From a virus: a stretch of DNA of 64,000 nt. The stretch lies in IMG/VR virus record IMGVR_UViG_3300006916_000041, positions 108,410 through 172,409 of that record. The stretch is one strand, 5' to 3'. The notes beneath the pieces were generated by a model. The model was not told where the DNA came from and did not search any database. It worked only from the letters and a program-made list of their open reading frames with translations. A program made the translations under genes and the position numbers. Shown here piece after piece: positions 28,755 to 36,822 of this stretch (positions are counted from its first letter, which is position 1; the number at the start of each line of letters is the position of its first letter).

Positions 28755-29833
28755 TTAAATTGCTCTGCAAATGGATCAAACTCAGTTCCGCACTTCATAG
28801 CACACACCCCTAGCTTTCCTTGAGCTACACTGTCGAATGTCCAACTATCACTAATACTACTTAGTAGTGATCCTTGCATCACTTTTTTGATACCATGCTC
28901 TATCACATTGATTGCTTGCTTGCTGCCAGCACGATCAATATGATCCCATATTTGTTCTACACGATAATCCTTGTGCCACCATTTGTACATGCGTCCGCCA
29001 GTCCAACAACAAGGCATTAGCAAGCCTTCTGCTGTAATAAAGATTTCTTTTTTCTCTACAGCTTTGCAGTTTATACTACACTTGTCATAATAATCTCGCA
29101 TACTGCCGTATGTTTTTTCAATTTCTTTTTGTTTTAACAATGCTAGGTTTTGATTTTCAACTTTAGTTGGTTTAGCAATTGCTTGTGTTTGTTCACCTTT
29201 TCGATTACGTGCTTGATGCACATCCTTTTGTTCACTTTTAGCAGTAAAGAAACGGCCTGACTTTTTAAGCTGGAACCGTTCCACACCCCAAGACTCTGCT
29301 AGTTCACGTGCTTCGTCGACTTGGTGTTCGTTGTGTCCAAACACAATGTAGTCCCAACGTGCTCTACCGCCAGCATCTATAAATGCTCGCATGTTGCGTT
29401 CTACGTTAGCCCAGACAACATTCTGCCTGTATAAATGATTAGTGTCACTAAGACCATCCACGCTGAAAATAACAGTGCCCATTCTACCAAAGACTTGGGC
29501 AAGTTCACGCCACCATGTTTCATCTTTTGCTCCTGCATTTGTATTCATACTCAACCACATTGTGGGGTTATGTTCTCTGAAGTATTTAAATATTTCCAAC
29601 GTGTCGTGTGCAACAATAGGATCACCCAAGTTACCACACATGTACATAGTCTCAAGTTGTTGAATAAAATCTGGTTCGAATATACGTTTGCAATCTTCTA
29701 AACTTAGTTCGGCATTAGTAATGTGACGATTGTCTGCTCCGCCATTTTCATTACGATCACACATCGGACATGCTGCTTGACAACGTTGTGTAATTTCTAA
29801 ATGAACCATTTTTATTTCTTCGTATGTATACAC
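28751..29833 (-). CDS. Radical SAM protein with C-terminal SPASM/twitch-like Cys cluster
   Basis: CQAACPMC, CGNLGDP, FSVDGL; C-terminal C...PCC...CAMKC. Confidence 0.9.
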   Translation of the reverse strand: MYTYEEIKMVHLEITQRCQAACPMCDRNENGGADNRHITNAELSLEDCKRIFEPDFIQQLETMYMCGNLGDPIVAHDTLEIFKYFREHNPTMWLSMNTNAGAKDETWWRELAQVFGRMGTVIFSVDGLSDTNHLYRQNVVWANVERNMRAFIDAGGRARWDYIVFGHNEHQVDEARELAESWGVERFQLKKSGRFFTAKSEQKDVHQARNRKGEQTQAIAKPTKVENQNLALLKQKEIEKTYGSMRDYYDKCSINCKAVEKKEIFITAEGLLMPCCWTGGRMYKWWHKDYRVEQIWDHIDRAGSKQAINVIEHGIKKVMQGSLLSSISDSWTFDSVAQGKLGVCAMKCGTEFDPFAEQFK

Positions 29834-30195
29834 TAGTCGTTGTCCCAGTACATGGTGTTATGCTTTTGAAAAAAATATTCTCTTTCTACAGCTACCATAT
29901 CGTCATAACTAACACGATGCTGATTGTGTATGCCAGACTTGCTAATACTAACTCGTACATGAGGATCCGGTATACGTTCAGGCCTGGGCCCATGTTTTTT
30001 ATATTGTACAAACCAGCGACTACCTTCACATTCTATGTTATGCCCTTCGCTGTTTTTCCAATTACGCAGTAAATCTTCAAATATTTCTGAAAAAACATAA
30101 TAAGTAAGCGCATACACATCACTTACTTTAAAAGTTATTGAAACTTTGTTTTCTTTTTTGAAAAAATAAATTTTAATTGGTTTAGTAAACTTCAT
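29833..30195 (-). CDS. Hypothetical protein
   Basis: 120-aa ORF whose stop abuts the next start. Confidence 0.7.
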   Translation of the reverse strand: MKFTKPIKIYFFKKENKVSITFKVSDVYALTYYVFSEIFEDLLRNWKNSEGHNIECEGSRWFVQYKKHGPRPERIPDPHVRVSISKSGIHNQHRVSYDDMVAVEREYFFQKHNTMYWDND

Positions 30196-30212
30196 TAAAA
30201 TGCCTGTTAATA

Positions 30213-30437
30213 TTATTTATCGTATATTAGTTTAACATCTTTTCCTGGCCCATATCGACTAGGCAAATCACCATACTCACCAACATACCATTCAATAACT
30301 GCTTTATACCATAAATGACTGTCGTGATATGCAAGTTTATTAAACTTGTAGATGTTATTATTAGTTGCTTGCATTGTACTTAATGCACGAGCACTTTCTT
30401 TTTGCAATTCTCTTACTGATAAATCATTTATATCCAA
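30213..30437 (-). CDS. Small hypothetical protein
   Basis: 74-aa ORF overlapping the upstream gene end. Confidence 0.7.
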   Translation of the reverse strand: MDINDLSVRELQKESARALSTMQATNNNIYKFNKLAYHDSHLWYKAVIEWYVGEYGDLPSRYGPGKDVKLIYDK

Positions 30438-31608
30438 TTAACATAAACCTCGTATATTTTGGTAGTTTTAATTTTCCACTGTATAACAGTTGGCTCATTG
30501 GAGCCATTTTTTTAAACTCTTGTACGTTACTTACACAATTTACATGCTCGTCAATTTCATAATAATTATTACTTTGTAATACTACTAATTTTCCTTTTGG
30601 TATTTTAGTATACCATTCTTTAAAATTAGTTATGTGTTCACAACTCGTATTAATAATTGTATCTGGCACGTCTGTAATTTCTTTACTCATACGATTGTTA
30701 GCATTACTCCAGAATTGCCAGGTGTGTTCGCTGTAATCTATATTGTGTATATCTTCTACCAGTGCTTTAAACTTCCACTTCTCCATAAACCAAGGCTTGT
30801 TAAACACTTCTGCAATATCTATTGTTGTAGGGTCGATATCAAAAGATCTAACTTTATCTACATTAACGTTACTCTCAAATAACATTGTAGCTAGTGTAGC
30901 ATACCATCCTGCACATAAGAAGACTGTGCCTAGTTCTACATCAAGATCTTTTAGTTTACTTACTAACCAAAGTTTACTTTCAAGTTGACCTCTACTAAAG
31001 CAATCTGGATCTATACTTTTGTTATTAACAAAGAAGTTTTTAAATGCTGCTGTAAACTGTGTGTCTACGTATTGTTCTAATAGCCCCCAAAGTTTCCATG
31101 TATTATTATTTGTAATAAGTTTACGTAAATCATCGTTACCTAGTAACTTAAAAATACTGCGAATGTTTTTGTTTACAATGGCAGTTCTGTATAAGTGTAT
31201 AGTTTCGTCATCTTCAGGAAATAGTCTGAACAAACTGTACAAGTTTTCTTCTAACATAGCTCGTCGAAGATCGTCAACGTGCCAACTGTCTTGATGTTCC
31301 AATAACCTAAACAAACTATTTAAATTTTTTTCAACAACAGTTTTTCGAATGTCTGTTAAGTTAGTAATGTTTAACTTAGCTTCCTTTAATACTCTGAATA
31401 CACTGTGCCAATTTTCGTCAACAACTGCTCGACGTAGTTCTTGGTTTTCTTCACACAGTCTGAAAATACTGCTAAGATCACGGTCCACTACTGCACGTCT
31501 TAGATCACTGAGTTCAGATATGTCTGGATATAGTATTTCAAAACGATCTAACAATTCGTGCAGGGGTAGAGGAAAATCTTTTTCATCGTCATTATCAATC
31601 TTCATCAT
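30424..31608 (-). CDS. Class I SAM-dependent methyltransferase-like protein with N-terminal helical repeats
   Basis: SKLWL, LCAGWYATLA, SFDID, INTSCEH, LQSNNY, RFMLIG; six LR-x-A-hh-x2-N-x2-S-hF-R-L repeats. Confidence 0.65.
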   Translation of the reverse strand: MMKIDNDDEKDFPLPLHELLDRFEILYPDISELSDLRRAVVDRDLSSIFRLCEENQELRRAVVDENWHSVFRVLKEAKLNITNLTDIRKTVVEKNLNSLFRLLEHQDSWHVDDLRRAMLEENLYSLFRLFPEDDETIHLYRTAIVNKNIRSIFKLLGNDDLRKLITNNNTWKLWGLLEQYVDTQFTAAFKNFFVNNKSIDPDCFSRGQLESKLWLVSKLKDLDVELGTVFLCAGWYATLATMLFESNVNVDKVRSFDIDPTTIDIAEVFNKPWFMEKWKFKALVEDIHNIDYSEHTWQFWSNANNRMSKEITDVPDTIINTSCEHITNFKEWYTKIPKGKLVVLQSNNYYEIDEHVNCVSNVQEFKKMAPMSQLLYSGKLKLPKYTRFMLIGYK

Positions 31609-32314
31609 CTTTCAAAGACTCTTCATACTGTTCACGCAACCAGTCAAAGTCATTAATAAGTTTTAATACTTTGTCATTTTTGCGATAGTGTGTACCAAAG
31701 TCCCGTCCCTGATTTGCTCCCATTATACTGTAATCACCGTACGGTCTATCTTTGCCTCTAGTACACCAAATATTCAGTCTATATTCATTATCTATATTAT
31801 CGCCATTTGGAATAATACTACTTGCAAGTTTTGTACATTCTCTGAATGCGCTTTTCCAAGTTTCAAAAGGATTGGTATTGAATGCAGTAACATTACTGAT
31901 TTGAAACTGCGGAACAAAAGGACAACCTAATGTAGTAGTCATATCAACATTCCAAGTCTTGGCTTCTAACATTTGTTTGCGAGGAAACAGTTTCACGCCA
32001 CCATATCCGTACAATAGATCATTTACAGGATTTCTACTGCGCCAGGTATATATACAATCAGTTTGGGGGAAATGATCGTATTCCAATTGATTACTTTTAG
32101 GAATAAAATCAAATTTAAATGTTTCTTCGATAACAGCATCAGCATCTACTACATAAAAATGATTTGTTTCTGCGATCCTAGCTGCGGCTTGGTGAGCATC
32201 AAAAATACCTTTAACACCTTCAACACGCTTTGCGTGAGGTGCAAATAACTGTAAAATTTCAAAATTTTCATCAGCTGTTTCTTCATAATAGCTGATTTGA
32301 ATAACGTCTAACAT
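31595..32314 (-). CDS. GT-A-fold glycosyltransferase-like protein (paralog of 54093..55076)
   Basis: ISYYE, AHQAAA, VVDAD (DxD), NPVNDLLYGYGGVK, WKSAFRE. Confidence 0.6.
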   Translation of the reverse strand: MLDVIQISYYEETADENFEILQLFAPHAKRVEGVKGIFDAHQAAARIAETNHFYVVDADAVIEETFKFDFIPKSNQLEYDHFPQTDCIYTWRSRNPVNDLLYGYGGVKLFPRKQMLEAKTWNVDMTTTLGCPFVPQFQISNVTAFNTNPFETWKSAFRECTKLASSIIPNGDNIDNEYRLNIWCTRGKDRPYGDYSIMGANQGRDFGTHYRKNDKVLKLINDFDWLREQYEESLKDDED

Positions 32315-32339
32315 ACTGATATTTTATCCTTGTAGAACA

Positions 32340-32368
32340 ATTATAACTGCTGCATCAATCAAAGTCAA
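32340..32368 (-). promoter_or_regulatory. Sigma70-type promoter, with late TAAATA site just upstream
   Basis: TTGACT-17 nt-TATAAT; AATAAATA at 32383-32390. Confidence 0.7.
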
Positions 32369-32385
32369 GCAGTAACTTGTGTTAT

Positions 32386-32631
32386 TTATTGAATTATATA
32401 CGTATATATTAACAGCGGAATAATGATAAAAAATTGCGGTAAAAAGTTAAGAAGTATGCTTTTCTCTCGCCATTGCCAGCCGCAGTAGCACCATCCTGCT
32501 GCTCCCAACAGTTGAGCAAGTGAATTCCAAGGTGTTATACCCAAGGTGTGCAAGACCATCGCAACAAGAATGGTCACTGCACTAGCATACTTTATGTATG
32601 TAACTGTTTTATATTGATATTCTGTTGTCAT
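32386..32631 (-). CDS. Small three-TM membrane protein
   Basis: 81 aa, three hydrophobic segments, TPWN and W-x-WRE motifs. Confidence 0.7.
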   Translation of the reverse strand: MTTEYQYKTVTYIKYASAVTILVAMVLHTLGITPWNSLAQLLGAAGWCYCGWQWREKSILLNFLPQFFIIIPLLIYTYIIQ

Positions 32632-33274
32632 ATGTGCTAAAAAGTCTCAGTGTATTTTCTGTTGCCACACCTGTAACCAACAGTGTGCAACGTGGGCCAT
32701 GACCTGCGTTTGCTGTACAGTGCGGTGTGTTGTACCAGTCAAAGCTATAAATCTCACCTGCACGATAATGTGTATGAACAAAGTTACCATATTGAATAAA
32801 ATGACCAGGTTCCCAGTCGTTCAACATAACCATGAAACGATATACTTTATGAGGTTCGTCTTCATGCCACTTTTCTAATTTGTCAATGTGTAAGTTCCAG
32901 ACTTGACCAGGAAACTGTACATGTACTCTGCTTTGTATTTGTTGTTTGTCACCTGGCAACAAATGTAGCGCATCTGTCATTTTTTGAAATATTGGAAGTA
33001 AGTTGTACTCTAAATTAGTTAGTGCTAAGTCTTTATTTGCACCACTGCGTTCTAAATCATATTCTTCTGCTTCAATATCTTTGCTTGTACCGTCAATAGG
33101 ATTACGTGTGCGCCATGTAATCTCTTTGCTGTTTTCAATTGTTTGTTGTAATTCTTGTTGCCAATCACCAACAAAGCGACCAATATAACGCATGTTATCA
33201 TATGCAGGGTCGCTCTTAAATGCATCAAAGTGATAGTTTGTTCTTGACTTAACTTTATCCCAATTGCTTTCCAT
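32609..33274 (-). CDS. Putative 2OG-Fe(II) oxygenase
   Basis: QFPGQVWNLHID...PHCTANAG...R; GAAGGA RBS before ATG 33274. Confidence 0.65.
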   Translation of the reverse strand: MESNWDKVKSRTNYHFDAFKSDPAYDNMRYIGRFVGDWQQELQQTIENSKEITWRTRNPIDGTSKDIEAEEYDLERSGANKDLALTNLEYNLLPIFQKMTDALHLLPGDKQQIQSRVHVQFPGQVWNLHIDKLEKWHEDEPHKVYRFMVMLNDWEPGHFIQYGNFVHTHYRAGEIYSFDWYNTPHCTANAGHGPRCTLLVTGVATENTLRLFSTYDNRISI

Positions 33275-33292
33275 ATTAATTCCTTCAGAAGG

Positions 33293-33318
33293 TGATGGGA
33301 GAGTTTTCCATCCCATCA
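33293..33318 (-). terminator. Hairpin downstream of tctC
   Basis: TGATGGGA...TCCCATCA inverted repeat in the intergenic gap; no clear U-tail. Confidence 0.4.
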
Positions 33319-33328
33319 ATACTTATGT

Positions 33329-34390
33329 TTATTTTACTAGGTTTGCTTTATAGACTGATTTAAGTCCTAGTGCTTCTTTATTAAACTTTACTAGGTTTTG
33401 AAGTGCATCTTCTGTAATAAATGTCATCAAGCGATCACGTATTGCATCACCACGCTCACCAATAAACCACTCATACTTGCCATTTTTTGCTTCAATAGCA
33501 GCCATTGACTCTGGGTCATTTGCCATAGCTGTCATTGCTGCAACCAAACGGTCACGTAGTTCTGGGTTTCCTTTGTTGATCCAAATTGCCTTTTGTAGTC
33601 CATCACGGAAACTTTTAACTAGCTTGTATGCATCATAAAACTCACCGCTTGGTGCAACACCCCAACGTGCTTCAAAGATTTGCTCAACTTGATAGCCTGC
33701 TGGATAGTTTGTGTCATCCACGTGATTGCCTGTCTCTGGATCTAGTAGACCATGATGGAACCAAAGTTCTGCATTTTCATCCGGTTCAACGTGTTTTTGA
33801 TATGTTGCTGGATTTTCACGAGTGCCGTTTAAGTCACCTCGTTTAAATGCCAATCTACGTTCTGCTCCGCTCATACCTTTTACCCAAGTTACTTTGTCTT
33901 GAAAACAAGCAATATACTCATCTACTGACTTGTCCGGACCACATAGCATTAGTGTCATTGCAAATGCTTCTGGTACCATACCTGAACCTGCTGGAAAACG
34001 TGGTGCTGACATATCGTCGCCAATACGCTTGCCTGCGATAATGTTCAGGTTCATAAGACCAATACTATCATACTCTGCATAGTTGTAGTCTACTTCCTCT
34101 TGTAAGAAACTTACACCATTACCACCATGCGAAACAACGATTGTGTTTTCGTCAAAACGTAGTTCATTGTGGAATTTGTTTATACCTGGAATATCACGTG
34201 CTCCTGGAATAAGACGTAGAACAATACGCTCACCTAGATGTTTTTCCAATTCTTTAGTAATAATTTCTGCCCATACTGTTGTACCTTGTCCTGCTTTTTG
34301 CGGAACAACAAGTGTGATATCTGCAAATGCTGCGCTTGCAGTCATTGCTAGTGTTGCTATTGCAACTCTAAATATATTTTTGATTTTCAT
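33329..34390 (-). CDS. tctC: Tripartite tricarboxylate transporter substrate-binding protein (TctC/Bug-like)
   Basis: Signal peptide ending AFA, ITLVVPQKAGQGT, PGA, RGDLNG; adjacent to tctA. Confidence 0.7.
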   Translation of the reverse strand: MKIKNIFRVAIATLAMTASAAFADITLVVPQKAGQGTTVWAEIITKELEKHLGERIVLRLIPGARDIPGINKFHNELRFDENTIVVSHGGNGVSFLQEEVDYNYAEYDSIGLMNLNIIAGKRIGDDMSAPRFPAGSGMVPEAFAMTLMLCGPDKSVDEYIACFQDKVTWVKGMSGAERRLAFKRGDLNGTRENPATYQKHVEPDENAELWFHHGLLDPETGNHVDDTNYPAGYQVEQIFEARWGVAPSGEFYDAYKLVKSFRDGLQKAIWINKGNPELRDRLVAAMTAMANDPESMAAIEAKNGKYEWFIGERGDAIRDRLMTFITEDALQNLVKFNKEALGLKSVYKANLVK

Positions 34391-34400
34391 TTTTTTTCTC

Positions 34401-35864
34401 CTATACAAAATCAATCTTTGCTTTATTAAAAAATAACCCCCAAACAAGTGCTAGTAGTGTAAGCACCATAAAGGTTAATGGCAATGGTCTGAATAATAAG
34501 TCTTCCCAACCATAGCCAAATGTATTAAACTGTACCCAGCTTGCTTCTAATCGAGCACTTAATATAAATCCAATTAGAAAACTAACTCTACTGAATTTAA
34601 GATATTTCATAACAATACCAACGCCCATACAGATCATCAACATGATGTAATCATCTAGTAGTCCTGTGTATTGTGTTGAGCTCCATACTAAACTTGCCAA
34701 TATAGGCCAAAAGTAGAACTTAAATGGCAAATTTGTAATGTAAACAGCATATTTGATAAAAGCATAACTGATTGGTAAAATTAAAATTAATGCCCACAAA
34801 TAACTGCTCAATAGTGTATCAAAAAACTTTTGATCAGTTAGCACATCTGGTGTACCTAATTCAAGACCAACATACATCAATAGTCCCATAACAATCACTT
34901 CAAACGGTGCTCCTGGAATGCCAAATAACACTGTTGGAACATATGAAGTTGCCTTTTGTGCATTGTTAGCGCCTTCGCAGCCAATAACACCTCTGACATT
35001 TCCTTGACCAACTGGATAATCTTCTGTGTTGTTGGATTTACGTGCTACTGCCACAGTTTGCGAATAACTAAACCAATCTGCAATAGCGCCTCCGATACCT
35101 GGTATGAGACCAATAAAAGCACCGATAAATCCCCCTCTTAGTCCATCCCATTTGTATCTCCATGTATCTCTGACACCTTGTATTAATTGTGATACAATTA
35201 CACCATTTGTTAGTTTTATCTTTTCTGCTTGCATACGATATGCGCTTAAAAGTTCCGGAAACGCTAGTACACCTGCCATAACTGGAATCATTTGTACACC
35301 TGCTCCAAGATAATCCCATCCCATGGTCCATCTATCAGCAGCGGTGTTTGGATCCATGCCTATGTGTCCTACAAGTACACCAGCAATCAGTGCCAAAAAT
35401 CCTCTGAACCAATATCTACTAGAAATAAAAATAACACAGGTCATGGCAAAAATTAAGAAACTGAACATTTCAACTGTGCCAAAATACAATACAATCTGTG
35501 TATACCATGGAAGGAATAAAAACACCAACAATCCCCAAATCAATCCATTTATCCAACTTGTTGACAGTGCTGCACTCAGTGCTCTAGCTGCTTCACCCCT
35601 GCGGCTCATAGGAAAACCATCTACCATAGTAGCGGCTGCTCCACCTGCCCCTGGTATGTTCATAACCACACCACAAAAGCTATCTCCTATACTGCTGGTA
35701 ACAACAATTGCTGTGGTAAACACAACCAACATATAAGGATCATGAAAGTATCCAACAAAACTATAAACAGCAATCAATCCTGTGGTAGCGCCAGCCACTG
35801 GAATAAGCCCTACAAAAAATCCGTAGAGTACACCTAATAACAATACAACAATGTAATGGTCCAT
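34401..35864 (-). CDS. tctA: Tripartite tricarboxylate transporter large permease
   Basis: NIPG-x3-AAATMVDGFPM-x2-RG, GLIPGIGG, EGANNA, LFGIPG, GFILS; polytopic. Confidence 0.9.
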   Translation of the reverse strand: MDHYIVVLLLGVLYGFFVGLIPVAGATTGLIAVYSFVGYFHDPYMLVVFTTAIVVTSSIGDSFCGVVMNIPGAGGAAATMVDGFPMSRRGEAARALSAALSTSWINGLIWGLLVFLFLPWYTQIVLYFGTVEMFSFLIFAMTCVIFISSRYWFRGFLALIAGVLVGHIGMDPNTAADRWTMGWDYLGAGVQMIPVMAGVLAFPELLSAYRMQAEKIKLTNGVIVSQLIQGVRDTWRYKWDGLRGGFIGAFIGLIPGIGGAIADWFSYSQTVAVARKSNNTEDYPVGQGNVRGVIGCEGANNAQKATSYVPTVLFGIPGAPFEVIVMGLLMYVGLELGTPDVLTDQKFFDTLLSSYLWALILILPISYAFIKYAVYITNLPFKFYFWPILASLVWSSTQYTGLLDDYIMLMICMGVGIVMKYLKFSRVSFLIGFILSARLEASWVQFNTFGYGWEDLLFRPLPLTFMVLTLLALVWGLFFNKAKIDFV

Positions 35865-35972
35865 AGCAAATCGCCGCGGGGAAGCCCACGACGCCTTTCA
35901 TAATTTTTTGGGGGATTGTATTACTGAACTTCTTTACATTCGAGCGTTAGTAATAACTATGTGTTTATTTAG
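35865..35972 (-). promoter_or_regulatory. Structured 5' leader of tctA (two hairpins, one between SD and AUG)
   Basis: GAAAGG-[CGUCGUGGG-CUUC-CCCGCGGCG]-AUUUGCU-AUG; UAUUACU...AGUAAUA upstream; CTAAATA at 35966-35972. Confidence 0.5.
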
Positions 35973-36669
35973 TCCGCCACACAAAATACATTCTGTTTCT
36001 GTGAGTATCAGTTCTAATATCAAGTATATCAACACCAAGTTGATCTGCACAGTTTACAATAAAATTTGAATCCCAAGGATAAAAACTAATCCATTTACTG
36101 TGATCTTTACCTTCCTCGGGTCTATCGTCTTCGTCGTGTGCTAGTCCTGGATTAGCACGAAAGAACATCACTGCACCTGGGTTACACAAACTCACAGCAT
36201 GTTCGAGTTCAGCAAAAATTTTATCTGTGCTGCCAAAGTTAATGCTACCCAATGCTAGTGTTGCATCAAACTTTTCTTGAGGATGATAGTCCAATAACTT
36301 TACTTGATAATCTGCTGCACTGTTGTAAGGATCAATACCTACTAGATTGTCAATTTTACCTTTGAATTCATGATATCCGCAACCAATGTCTAACACACGT
36401 CTTGGCTTTAAATTGTTTACTTCATCAATTAATTTTAGACCACTGTACTTGTATTTTTTTATTTCGCCTTGCCAATAGTTACTAAAGTAGTTGCTCAATA
36501 CTCTATCGTCAATCCTGTCAACTAATTCGCCAATGGTGTTGTATGTTACATTTTCTACATCCACACCAAATGTTCCTCTGATAGCTTGCCTCAGTGTTTG
36601 AGGTTGTCGCAGTAATTGAGGACTTGTATGAATTAATTGTTCGAGTTTGTATAGTATTTTGTGATTCAT
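35965..36669 (-). CDS. Class I SAM-dependent methyltransferase
   Basis: RVLDIGCG, VGIDP, FDATLALGSINF. Confidence 0.8.
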   Translation of the reverse strand: MNHKILYKLEQLIHTSPQLLRQPQTLRQAIRGTFGVDVENVTYNTIGELVDRIDDRVLSNYFSNYWQGEIKKYKYSGLKLIDEVNNLKPRRVLDIGCGYHEFKGKIDNLVGIDPYNSAADYQVKLLDYHPQEKFDATLALGSINFGSTDKIFAELEHAVSLCNPGAVMFFRANPGLAHDEDDRPEEGKDHSKWISFYPWDSNFIVNCADQLGVDILDIRTDTHRNRMYFVWRTK

Positions 36670-36674
36670 ATTTT

Positions 36675-36703
36675 ATTATATAGCTTTTAGTTTACGTTGT
36701 CAA
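36675..36703 (-). promoter_or_regulatory. Consensus sigma70 promoter, 5 nt before ATG
   Basis: TTGACA-17 nt-TATAAT-aaaat-ATG. Confidence 0.8.
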
Positions 36704-36705
36704 GA

Positions 36706-36822
36706 CTACTCGTAAATAAAAGGATCTCTTTTGCGTAATTCTTCTATTCTTTTTTTCATGCGCTTTTTTTCTTGATAGTAATCCCAAGGCCACATAAAGA
36801 AATTTCTTAGTCGGGTAAGCAT
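36706..36822 (-). CDS. 38-aa peptide following the carbamoyltransferase (not in ORF track)
   Basis: MLTRLRNFFMWPWDYYQEKKRMKKRIEELRKRDPFIYE*; overlaps the carbamoyltransferase stop and fills the gap. Confidence 0.6.
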   Translation of the reverse strand: MLTRLRNFFMWPWDYYQEKKRMKKRIEELRKRDPFIYE

